Below are positions 41,078 through 49,562 of a stretch of 64,000 nt of DNA, one piece after another; the stretch's first letter is position 1, and each line of letters opens with the position of its first letter. Both the position numbers and the translations under genes were made by a program. The notes below the pieces were generated by a model. The model ran no database searches, had not been told where the DNA came from, and saw only the letters and a list, made by a program, of their open reading frames with translations. The DNA lies in contig OZ242033.1 in assembly GCA_965205155.1 (NCBI GenBank), forward strand, positions 84,688-148,687, given 5' to 3'. The stretch is from Candidatus Aldehydirespirator sp. GTDB lineage: Bacteria > Actinomycetota > Acidimicrobiia > Acidimicrobiales > Aldehydirespiratoraceae.

Positions 41078-41260
41078 GTGAGTCGGACCAACATCGACAT
41101 CGACGACGAGCTTGTGGAACGGGCCATGCGAGCGTTCGGCTTGCGCACCAAGCGCCAGGCGGTGCATCTCGCTCTGGAGCGCCTGCTGGGCGGGGGGCCG
41201 ATGAGCCCAGAACTGACGGCTCGGCCTCCTAGGGCTGCCAGAGGAGGGTGTCGGGCATGA
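41078..41260 (+). CDS. VapB-type antitoxin with no adjacent toxin; C-terminus probably degraded
   Basis: [35 protein letters not shown] is typical of actinobacterial VapB. Confidence 0.7.
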   Translation: MSRTNIDIDDELVERAMRAFGLRTKRQAVHLALERLLGGGPMSPELTARPPRAARGGCRA

Positions 41261-42800
41261 ACTGGCTCCAGGCGAACCAGAACGCTTGATGGCCCTCGAT
41301 CTCGTTGCCGGCTGAGTCGACGGCCCGCACGCCGCCGCCGTCGAGGCGAAGCGTCACCCCGGCGAGCTCGACGTCCCGGCCGGACTTGAGGGCGGCCGCG
41401 GCGGAGGCGACCGGGAAGGCCACCGGAGTGCCGTCGTCCAGGACCACGCCGAAGACCTGGTCGTGGACGCCGAGGGTGTCGTCGGCGTCGCCGATCGGGA
41501 AGATGGGCCCGTCGTCGTCGCGGCCCCGCAGCGGGTCGAGCGGGTAGCTGCGGCCGATCCCGCCGTCCTCGGCGAGGATCGTCGTGTCCGGATGGGCCGC
41601 CTTCCACTCGCCCCAGGTGGTGGTCACCACGGTGGCCTGGTTGAGGACGACCCCCTGCTCGCGCAGCGGCCCGGTGACGGCCTCGCCGGTGAACGTGTCG
41701 AACACCGACTTGGTGACCAGGTCGTACATGACCTTGTTGGACCGTGACAGCAGGCCCGAGGTGCGCAGCACCGGCTGGGCCACGCCGTCGGGCACGTCGT
41801 CGGTGAAGTAGGCCTGGGCCGAGCCGCACAGCGTGCAGTAGGGCATGCCGATCCGCCGGCCGCCGAGGGTGTCGTTGATCATCTCGTGGACTTCCATCAT
41901 GTGGCGGGGGTAGGCCCGGGCCTCGCCGTTGATGACGACCGCGAAGACGATGCCGTCGTCGGAGTACCAGGAGCCGCCGGCTGCGTCGGTGACGGCGGGA
42001 TCGTCCAGCGCGGGGATGCAGCCCCGGGGGCAGCCCAGCTGGTCGCCGAGCTCGCGGTCGTCGATGTACACGCCGCCCCAGCTCACGAAACGCCAGTCGA
42101 TGGTGGCGTCGGGGTCGTCGAAGAACGGCTGCCAGCGGGGCTCGACCAGCGTGAGCAGGCGTCCCTTGTACTCGGCGTAGCGGGGGAAGGCGGGGAGGTC
42201 CCATGCGATCAGGTGGTCGGTGACCGACTGCCACGAGCTGCGCTCGGCCACGGGGTCGTCGGCCACCCTGACGCCGGTCAGCTTCTCGAACCCGGAGACC
42301 GACCCGTCGTGGATGTCGCCGAAGTAGAAGAACCGGAGCAGGTCGGACATGATCCAGGCCAGCCGTGCGTCGCCGGTGTTGCCGAGGCCTGCGACCAGGG
42401 CACCGTCGAACCCGCCCAGTTCGAGCCCGGCCCAGATGACCTCGAGGATGTCGACCGCGGCCTGGTCGATGGGGCCGGTGGGGGTGGCCGGGGCGGGCGG
42501 GAACTCGTAGCCCAGGAAGTTGCGCAGGACGCCGCGCTCGCGAGGGTCGAGCGGGGCCGGGTCGGCGGCAGGCTCGGCTGTGGCTGTGTCGGCGTCCGCC
42601 TCGGGGGCGGCGTCCGGAGTCTCTGCATCGGAGGCCTCGCTCGCCGGTGTGGCGGCATCCGCAGTGTCGTTCTCGGTTGTCGCGGCTGGGGCCGCGGCAC
42701 TGCCCGTGAACGCGGTCGCATCCATGTCGTCACCCGAACACGCGGCGGCAACGAGCGCGAGTACCGCCAGCAGGACGCGGACACGAATCCGGGGAGTCAC
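41229..42800 (-). CDS. DUF3179 domain lipoprotein
   Basis: Lipobox [31 protein letters not shown]; leaderless GTG after TAGCGT. Confidence 0.8.
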   Translation of the reverse strand: MTPRIRVRVLLAVLALVAAACSGDDMDATAFTGSAAAPAATTENDTADAATPASEASDAETPDAAPEADADTATAEPAADPAPLDPRERGVLRNFLGYEFPPAPATPTGPIDQAAVDILEVIWAGLELGGFDGALVAGLGNTGDARLAWIMSDLLRFFYFGDIHDGSVSGFEKLTGVRVADDPVAERSSWQSVTDHLIAWDLPAFPRYAEYKGRLLTLVEPRWQPFFDDPDATIDWRFVSWGGVYIDDRELGDQLGCPRGCIPALDDPAVTDAAGGSWYSDDGIVFAVVINGEARAYPRHMMEVHEMINDTLGGRRIGMPYCTLCGSAQAYFTDDVPDGVAQPVLRTSGLLSRSNKVMYDLVTKSVFDTFTGEAVTGPLREQGVVLNQATVVTTTWGEWKAAHPDTTILAEDGGIGRSYPLDPLRGRDDDGPIFPIGDADDTLGVHDQVFGVVLDDGTPVAFPVASAAAALKSGRDVELAGVTLRLDGGGVRAVDSAGNEIEGHQAFWFAWSQFMPDTLLWQP

Positions 42801-42836
42801 GTCACCACGCTAGGCCCGGTTCCGCTGGAGGCTCGG

Positions 42837-44519
42837 TCAGGCGGCTCGTTCCAGGCGGCAGTAGCACGACGACTCGATCGGCACGTCGGCCCGGGCCTGG
42901 GCCACGTCGAGGCGCTGCTTGATGTGGTTGGCCTCGACGGTCTCGCCCCGGCGGGTCAGGCACTCGTGGAGCCCGTGCAGGCTCCACACGTTGTCGGGAT
43001 GCCAGCAGGCCCGCCGCAGCCAGCCGTCGAGGCCCAGGTCGGCCCGGTAGGCGGCCTCGGCCTCGTCCAGGCGGCCCTGCTCCATCAGCAGCGCGCCCAG
43101 GGCGTGGCGGGTGGGCTGCATCCAGCCCCACGGCTCGTCGTAGGGCAGGTTGTCGTCGAGCTCGACGGCCCGGCCGAGATGCTCGAACGCGGCGTCGAAG
43201 TTTCCCCTCCGGTACTCGACCTCGCCGGTCATCATGGCCTCGGCCACGGCCAGGATGTCGAGGCAGCTGTTGTTGAACAGCATCCGGCTCTCGGGCACCC
43301 GGTCCCGGGCGGCCGCGAACGCCGCGGCCTCCTGCTCGGCCTCGTCGACCCGCTCGGTGGAGGCGTAGGCCACCGCCCGGGCGTAGTGCATCATGGCGGT
43401 GGTGACGCAGTAGAGGTCGGCGTCGTCGGGGAACGGCTGGTCGAGGATCTCCTGCCACTTCCCGAAGCGGATCAGCACGTGCTGCTTGACGGGCACGAAG
43501 CCCTCCAGCCAGTCGGCCAGCGGCGCGTCGTCGGGGCCGAGAAGCCCGGCGGGCAGGGTGGCGACCATCTCGGTGGCCGCTTCGGCGGCCGGGCCGTACT
43601 GGCCCAGGAACATCGCCCCGTACGCCTTGAAGTGGTAGTTGTGGCAGCGGTACAGGGTGTAGAAGTTCGCCGGGCCCTCCCGCTCCAGGTAGCTGCGGTC
43701 GGCCACGACCGCCGCGTGGTTTCGGGCCACCACGTTCTGGTAGTGGCCGCAGAGCACGTCGATGTGGGTCGGCATGTGGACCAGGTGCCCGGCGTCGGGG
43801 AGCAGGTCGACCAGCGTGTCGCCGGCCTTGAGGGCCCGTTCGGGGTGGGGCGACATCTCCATGAGGTGGATGTACATGTGCAGCAGGCCGGGATGCTGGT
43901 TGGCGCCCTCGGCGTCGAGGTCCCGGAAGGCGGCTTCGAGGACCTCGGTGGCCTCGACCGTGCCGGCGCCGTCGGCCGGTTCGCCGGTGACCAGGTCCCA
44001 CAGCGCCCAGGGGGTGCGGTTCATGACGGCCTCGGCGAACAGGGCGCACACGTCGAGGTCGTCGGGATGATCCTGGTGGACGGCCCGCATGGCGTCGGCG
44101 TAGGCGTCGTTCCAGGAGCAGAATTCGTCGGACCCGGAGGGCTCGCCGGGGCCGGCCGGGTAGCGCTCGGCCAACGCGCCGATCAGGGCCTGCTCGACGG
44201 GGGTGGTCCCGGCGGCGGCACCGGCGGCCGCGGCGCAGGAGGCCCGGGCCAGCTCGAGCGATTGGGACAGGTCGTCCTCGTCGAAGTCCTCCCAGGGCTT
44301 GTTGTAGTTGGGGCCGATGGCGTAGGCGATGCCCCAGTGGGCCATGGCCAGGTCGGGGTCGCAGTCGAGGGCCTGCTCGAAGCAGGCGATGGCCTCGTCG
44401 TGGTTGAAGCCGTAGCACCAGGCCATCCCCCGGTCGAACCAGGTCTGGGCCTCGGGATTCGCGGCCGTGACTGGCCAGGTGTATGACCCGAGGTCGTAGT
44501 ACGCGTTGTCTCCGTGCAC
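42837..44519 (-). CDS. Conserved TPR-repeat protein
   Basis: AQTWFDRGMAWCYGFNHDEAIACF, HMYIH, HLVHMPTHI and PYDEPWGW; helical repeats. Confidence 0.75.
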   Translation of the reverse strand: MHGDNAYYDLGSYTWPVTAANPEAQTWFDRGMAWCYGFNHDEAIACFEQALDCDPDLAMAHWGIAYAIGPNYNKPWEDFDEDDLSQSLELARASCAAAAGAAAGTTPVEQALIGALAERYPAGPGEPSGSDEFCSWNDAYADAMRAVHQDHPDDLDVCALFAEAVMNRTPWALWDLVTGEPADGAGTVEATEVLEAAFRDLDAEGANQHPGLLHMYIHLMEMSPHPERALKAGDTLVDLLPDAGHLVHMPTHIDVLCGHYQNVVARNHAAVVADRSYLEREGPANFYTLYRCHNYHFKAYGAMFLGQYGPAAEAATEMVATLPAGLLGPDDAPLADWLEGFVPVKQHVLIRFGKWQEILDQPFPDDADLYCVTTAMMHYARAVAYASTERVDEAEQEAAAFAAARDRVPESRMLFNNSCLDILAVAEAMMTGEVEYRRGNFDAAFEHLGRAVELDDNLPYDEPWGWMQPTRHALGALLMEQGRLDEAEAAYRADLGLDGWLRRACWHPDNVWSLHGLHECLTRRGETVEANHIKQRLDVAQARADVPIESSCYCRLERAA

Positions 44520-44589
44520 TGGATCTCAGCCTCCGAGGGTCGTGTGATGTGCCCTCGAACGTACTACCTCGACGGCCGGCCGGCCGGGG

Positions 44590-45039
44590 CTAGGCGGCGT
44601 CGCTGTCGCTCTCGTCGGACGCTGCGGGCGCCTGCGGATGGAGGCCGATCCCGAGGTGACCCTCGACGCGGGCCAGCCGATCGCTGACGCCGCTCAGCCG
44701 ATCGCTGATGCGGGCCAGCCGATCGCTGAGGTCGGCGAAGCCTGCCTCGAGCCGGTCGAGCCGCTTCTGGGTGGCCTTGTGTTGAAGCTCAGAGATCTCG
44801 TGGTTGCGCTCGATGACACTCATGAGTTCAGCGAAGCGGGAGTCCAGACGCTCGTTGAATTCCAGTCGCAGCGCGCCCATGGCCTTCTCGATCTGCAGGG
44901 CGACGTAGTCACGAGTTTGCTGGCTCTCGCGGTGCTGGACCCGTATCGACACGACCAGGAGGGTGGTCATCGTGGCGAACATCACCCCGAACGCGGACCC
45001 GAGGACCAGCAGCACAGTGGTCGCGGTCGTCGGGTCCAT
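44590..45039 (-). CDS. Small membrane-anchored coiled-coil protein
   Basis: TM, then QHRES, SDRLA/SDRLS heptads (21-bp repeat at about 44668-44730), then DRLARVEGHLGIG. Confidence 0.7.
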   Translation of the reverse strand: MDPTTATTVLLVLGSAFGVMFATMTTLLVVSIRVQHRESQQTRDYVALQIEKAMGALRLEFNERLDSRFAELMSVIERNHEISELQHKATQKRLDRLEAGFADLSDRLARISDRLSGVSDRLARVEGHLGIGLHPQAPAASDESDSDAA

Positions 45040-45110
45040 GCTCCGACCCTAGCTCACCCTCCTGAGCGGAGCAACCTTCAATTACATGAAAAGATATTAG
45101 AGTTGGGATA

Positions 45111-46256
45111 TTAGAGTCTGGTCACGACCTCGGCGAAGGGGACCACTTCGGCTTGGGCGGTCTCGATTTCGCCTTCGGGGAGCATGAAGCGCCAGTAGAC
45201 GATGCCGAAGGGCCGGCCCTCGGTGTCGAGCCAGTTGGGCACGCCGGGGTCGGTGTGGGCGATGACCGCGGTGAAGCGGCCGTCGGCGTCGGCGACGGTC
45301 TGGGCCCGGTTGAGCGAGATCGACCTCGACGCGTAGTCGAAGGTCTGCAGATGGCGGTTCCACAGGCAGACGTTGCCGTAGCGGCACTTCGGCCAGCGGG
45401 CCCGGATGACCAGCGCCTCGTCGGGGCCGATCAGGAACGGGGCCATGGCGTAGGCGGCGTCGAAGGCGGCCAGGCCCAGGTCGCCGGGCCGGTCCGGCAC
45501 CGGGAACACGTTCGGCACCCGCGAGACCCATGTGCGGGCCTGGTCGCTGGCCATGGGCGGGCGGTCGACGGTGAGCTCGCGCACCAGGCCGGCGACCCGG
45601 CCGATGCCGGCGGCCACGGAGTCGTCGGACGGGCGGGGCGGTGGCGTGCTGACCGGGTTGCCGTCGCCGTCGATCACCTGGATGCGCATGACGGGGACCC
45701 GGGCCGGGTCGGCGGCCGCGTAGGTGGGGTTCTCGAAGTAGTGGCGGGTGCTGATCGAGCCGGAGCGCTCGGGCAGGGCCAGCCAGTTGCGGGGGCGGGG
45801 CTCGCCGCCGAGCTGGATCTCGAAGCGGCCGCCGGCGTCGACGTCGAACGACTCGTCGTTGAGCACCCCGACGGTCTGGTTGCTCATCGACCCCCAGGCC
45901 TCGCCGGACTCGACGGTAATCGACACGTAGGCCGCGCCCTTGGTCTCGCCGCTGACCCGGTAGACGTGGCCGGCCGACACGGGGGCGTCGAAGTAGACGG
46001 CGTCGGGGTTGTCGCCCAGGACCTTGCGGTCGGGGTCGACGATGCGATGGAACCGGGGGGCAGCCGGGTCGCGCTCGAACAGCCCGACCAGTCCCCATTG
46101 CAGCATGTGCATGAGGGCCCGGTGGGCGCCGACGATGTCGTCGTCGGTGTGGAGGTTCCACTCGGGCGACGCCCAGCGGCGGTCGACCTCGCCGAGGAGG
46201 TCGATCAGCTCGTGCAGCGCCCGGCGGGATGCCGTGTCGTTGGGCTGGTCACTCAC
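45111..46256 (-). CDS. DUF1214 domain protein
   Basis: GDNPDAVY, NWLALP, WNRHLQTFDY, HTDPGVPNWLDTEG and YWRFM; adjacent to a sulfotransferase gene. Confidence 0.75.
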   Translation of the reverse strand: MSDQPNDTASRRALHELIDLLGEVDRRWASPEWNLHTDDDIVGAHRALMHMLQWGLVGLFERDPAAPRFHRIVDPDRKVLGDNPDAVYFDAPVSAGHVYRVSGETKGAAYVSITVESGEAWGSMSNQTVGVLNDESFDVDAGGRFEIQLGGEPRPRNWLALPERSGSISTRHYFENPTYAAADPARVPVMRIQVIDGDGNPVSTPPPRPSDDSVAAGIGRVAGLVRELTVDRPPMASDQARTWVSRVPNVFPVPDRPGDLGLAAFDAAYAMAPFLIGPDEALVIRARWPKCRYGNVCLWNRHLQTFDYASRSISLNRAQTVADADGRFTAVIAHTDPGVPNWLDTEGRPFGIVYWRFMLPEGEIETAQAEVVPFAEVVTRL

Positions 46257-47499
46257 CGGCCACCCCGTAGTGGTCGATGTAGGGGGCCAGGGCGGCCCGG
46301 AGCGACTCGGCGGTGAAGCCCCAGTCCTCGGGCTGGTAGCGGTGCACGCCGAACTTGCCCTTGGGCTTGCGGGCCAGGTAGTCGAGCACGGCGTCGGCGT
46401 GGTCGTCGGTGAAGTCGCGGCCCATCTGGGCGTAGGCGGATCGCAGGGTGGCCACCGGGTCGCTCATCAGCTGGGCGAAGTGCACGTCCACGAACCGGTC
46501 GGCGGGCACGGCGCCCGAGGCCCGCACGTCGATCGAGCCGTTGAGGCCGGCGGCGAAGACGGCCAGGATGACCTCGGCCATGCCGTCGACGTCGACGTGG
46601 TCGGTGCGCAGCCACTGGATCATGGCGGTGGTGCTCACGGTGGACGGCATGGTCTTCACCGGGTCGCGGTGGGTCTGCACCACCCAGGCGTCGCCGAACT
46701 CGGCGTACAGAAGCGGCAGCAGCATGAGGTGGCCGGGGGTCTTGAGCACCCATTGGGTGGGGCCGGCGGCGTGCTGGAGCACCTGGAGGAACTGCCGCTC
46801 GTAGGCGTAGTTGACGGCCGGGTCGGGCAGCCAGGAGTCGAGCGAGGCGATCATGCTCCAGTGGAAGCCGCAGAAGCTGCCCTGGGTGATGGTGACGCAC
46901 TCGACGGGCAGGTCGGAGCGCAGCTCGTGGAGGGCCTGGAACTCGGGTTGGACGTCGGCCCAGAACTCCTGCTCGCATTCGCTGAGCACGAGCGGCTCGG
47001 GCAGGTCGGCGGCTTCGGGCAGGGGCACGGGGTGGAGGGCCTCGGCGGCGGTGGGGGGCCGCAGATCGGGGTCGAGGGCGAGCAGCTCGAAGAGGATGGT
47101 GGTGCCGGAGCGGGCCGGGCCGGTGACGACCACCGGGGCGGGCACGGGCTGGCGGGTGATCTCGGGGGCGGCGTCGATGGCCGCGGTGAGCAGCAGCCGG
47201 GCCCGCAGCGAGCGCAGCAGCTCCTGCTTGGTGATCAGCCGGCCGACGACGTGCATGGGCGCGGCGTCGATGGCGGTGGCGAGGGCTTCGAAGCGCTCCT
47301 GCCAGAGGGGGTCGCCGAGGTCGCCGGCGGGCAGGCCGCCGAGGCCGGCGGTGGCGGTGTCGAGGAGGTCGCCGGCGTCGATGGGCACGAGGTCGCGGGG
47401 GTGGCCGCCGACGGAGCCGGCCATGAGGTTGACGCGCCGCACCCAGTCGGGCCGGACGAGCCGCTCGGTCATGGGCGCGAGCTTCGAGGACATACTCAT
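46249..47499 (-). CDS. Sulfotransferase (Sulfotransfer_3 family)
   Basis: PAPS-binding GPARSGTT, WVLKTPGH and THRDP. Confidence 0.88.
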   Translation of the reverse strand: MSMSSKLAPMTERLVRPDWVRRVNLMAGSVGGHPRDLVPIDAGDLLDTATAGLGGLPAGDLGDPLWQERFEALATAIDAAPMHVVGRLITKQELLRSLRARLLLTAAIDAAPEITRQPVPAPVVVTGPARSGTTILFELLALDPDLRPPTAAEALHPVPLPEAADLPEPLVLSECEQEFWADVQPEFQALHELRSDLPVECVTITQGSFCGFHWSMIASLDSWLPDPAVNYAYERQFLQVLQHAAGPTQWVLKTPGHLMLLPLLYAEFGDAWVVQTHRDPVKTMPSTVSTTAMIQWLRTDHVDVDGMAEVILAVFAAGLNGSIDVRASGAVPADRFVDVHFAQLMSDPVATLRSAYAQMGRDFTDDHADAVLDYLARKPKGKFGVHRYQPEDWGFTAESLRAALAPYIDHYGVAGE

Positions 47500-47640
47500 A
47501 TCGGCGCGTCAACGTAGCAGGACCGGGTATCGGGCCAACCAGGGGTGCAACGAGGCGCCGGGGAGACTCGCGCCGGATCCTTGATGATTTTCATTGATTA
47601 TTGAGTTGCAACATGTTCTTGGATGGCCTAAGCTCGCACC

Positions 47641-47919
47641 ATGGAAGCGGCCGACTCGCTGACCCTGGGGATGTTCGTGACGCTGGCCGCGCTGATGGTG
47701 GGGTCGATCTGGAACCAGCATCGTGAGAGCAACGCGATACGGGCCGAGACCACCCGTCAGCTCGAGAGGCTCAGCGACCATTTCGGCGAGCAGCTCAGCA
47801 AGTTGAGCGAGGACATGGTGAATGTCCGGGAGAGGCTGGCCCGCATAGAGGGACACTTGGGGTTGGTCCCGCCTCCGGCGGATGCCTCCGGCGGGGACGA
47901 CGACCGCGATTCCGGCTAG
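47641..47919 (+). CDS. Small membrane-anchored coiled-coil protein
   Basis: TM, then QHRES, then [11 protein letters not shown]; leaderless start. Confidence 0.7.
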   Translation: MEAADSLTLGMFVTLAALMVGSIWNQHRESNAIRAETTRQLERLSDHFGEQLSKLSEDMVNVRERLARIEGHLGLVPPPADASGGDDDRDSG

Positions 47920-47966
47920 GCGACGCAATACGATCTGAACTCGTTGCGAACGAACTGTCTCGAGGT

Positions 47967-48872
47967 GTGCGCTTGATCGAGCATGATCCGCGGCAGTCTC
48001 GGGGGTCGACGATGTGGGGGGTCGGGGCCGTTGCTCTGGGTACCTCGCTGATCGGGACCATCGGCACTGCGGCCGAGCTCGGACCCGACTCGATGAACCC
48101 GCTCGCCACCGGGGCGTGGCGGGGCCTGATCGGAGCGGCCGGGTTGCTGGTGTTGTCGACGCTGCGGGGGCAGGCGCCGTGGCGGTACCGGCTGCCGGTT
48201 CGCTGGGTGGTTCTGGGGGCGGTGGGGGTGGCCGTCAGCCAGTTGCTGTTCTTCGAGGCGATGGCCCGCACCGGTGTGGCGGTCGGGACCCTGGTGGCCA
48301 TCGGCGTCGGCCCGATTGCGGCCGGGTTGATCGACTGGCTGGCGTACAAGCAGGTACCCGACCGCCGCTGGCTGGCCGGGATGCTGGTCGCAGTGGCGGG
48401 GGTGGCCCTGCTGTCGGGCGGCGCGGCCGAGGTGGTGTGGAGCGGTGTGGCCCTGGCGGTGGTGGCGGGCTGCGGGATCCCGTGCCAGGGGTTCGCGGCC
48501 CAGCGGTTGATGCGGGACCGGCCGCTGGTGACCTCCATGGCCACGGTGCTGGCCGCGGGCTCGGTTCTGATGCTGCCGATCTCGTTGACCTCGGTGGACA
48601 CCACGTTCGACTCGACGGCGTCGACCTCGACGGTGCTGTACCTGGGTCTGGTGACCATCATGCTGGCTCACTCGCTGTGGGGGGCCGGCCTGAAGCGTCT
48701 CACCCTGAGTGTGGCGGTGGTGGTGGGCCTGCTGGAGCCGGCCGTGGCGGCCACGCTGGCGATGACGGTGCTCTCCGAGCCGGCGACGGTGGGCCTGATC
48801 GCCGGGATCTGCCTGGTGATCGCCGGCGTGGCGGTCACCTCGCTGAGCCCGGTGGCCGGCCGCCGCGGCTAG
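47967..48872 (+). CDS. DMT/EamA family transporter
   Basis: About ten TM segments in two EamA-like halves; LLEPAVA. Confidence 0.85.
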   Translation: MRLIEHDPRQSRGSTMWGVGAVALGTSLIGTIGTAAELGPDSMNPLATGAWRGLIGAAGLLVLSTLRGQAPWRYRLPVRWVVLGAVGVAVSQLLFFEAMARTGVAVGTLVAIGVGPIAAGLIDWLAYKQVPDRRWLAGMLVAVAGVALLSGGAAEVVWSGVALAVVAGCGIPCQGFAAQRLMRDRPLVTSMATVLAAGSVLMLPISLTSVDTTFDSTASTSTVLYLGLVTIMLAHSLWGAGLKRLTLSVAVVVGLLEPAVAATLAMTVLSEPATVGLIAGICLVIAGVAVTSLSPVAGRRG

Positions 48873-48935
48873 CGCCGATCAGCCCGAGGCGCCCGGACAC
48901 TACGGGCGGGCCGGGCGTTGTATGGTGGCGGCACC

Positions 48936-49523
48936 ATGGGCACCATGCGACTGACCCCGCTGCGCCAGGAGCTTCTCGAGATCCTCAAGGAGCGGGGCTA
49001 CCGACGGCTCGACCAGCCGATCCGGCTCGCTTCGGGGGCGATGTCGTCGGACTTCATCGACGGCAAGGAGGCTCTGGCCGAGTGGCGCCACCTGCGGCTC
49101 GCCTGCGAGGCCATCGTCGAGACCGTCACCGGGGCCGGCCACAGCTTCGATGCGGTCGGCGGGCTCACCATGGGCGCCGACGCCCTGGCCGTCGGCATCG
49201 CCGCGGTCGCCGACTGCCGCTGGTTCTTCGTGCGCAAGGAGGCCAAGCAGCGGGGCACCCGACGCTGGGTCGAGGGAGCCCAGATCGGCCCGGGCGACAC
49301 GGTGCTGCTGGTGGACGACGTGGTGACGACGGGCGGGTCGATCTTCAAGGCCCTCGACATCGTCGACCACACCGGGGCCACCACGGTGGCGGCGGTGACG
49401 CTAGTGGACCGCAGCGGCCTGGCCGGCCCCCAGTTCGAGCAGCGTGGGATCGGCTACTACCCGATGATCACCTACGAGCTGCTCGGCATAGACCCCGTCG
49501 AACCGGTAGCCGCCGCCAGCTGA
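48936..49523 (+). CDS. pyrE: Orotate phosphoribosyltransferase
   Basis: LASG, VGGLTMGAD, VRKEAK.RG and PRPP loop LLVDDVVTTGGS. Confidence 0.85.
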   Translation: MGTMRLTPLRQELLEILKERGYRRLDQPIRLASGAMSSDFIDGKEALAEWRHLRLACEAIVETVTGAGHSFDAVGGLTMGADALAVGIAAVADCRWFFVRKEAKQRGTRRWVEGAQIGPGDTVLLVDDVVTTGGSIFKALDIVDHTGATTVAAVTLVDRSGLAGPQFEQRGIGYYPMITYELLGIDPVEPVAAAS

Positions 49524-49562
49524 CCGAGCGCCCGCGGGATTGCCGCTGGGTAGTGTCGTGCC

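Noticed and set aside
41229-42800. Possible selenoprotein (some DUF3179 members are)
   Set aside because: The CxxC is encoded as Cys-Thr-Leu-Cys in an uninterrupted ORF, with no in-frame TGA.
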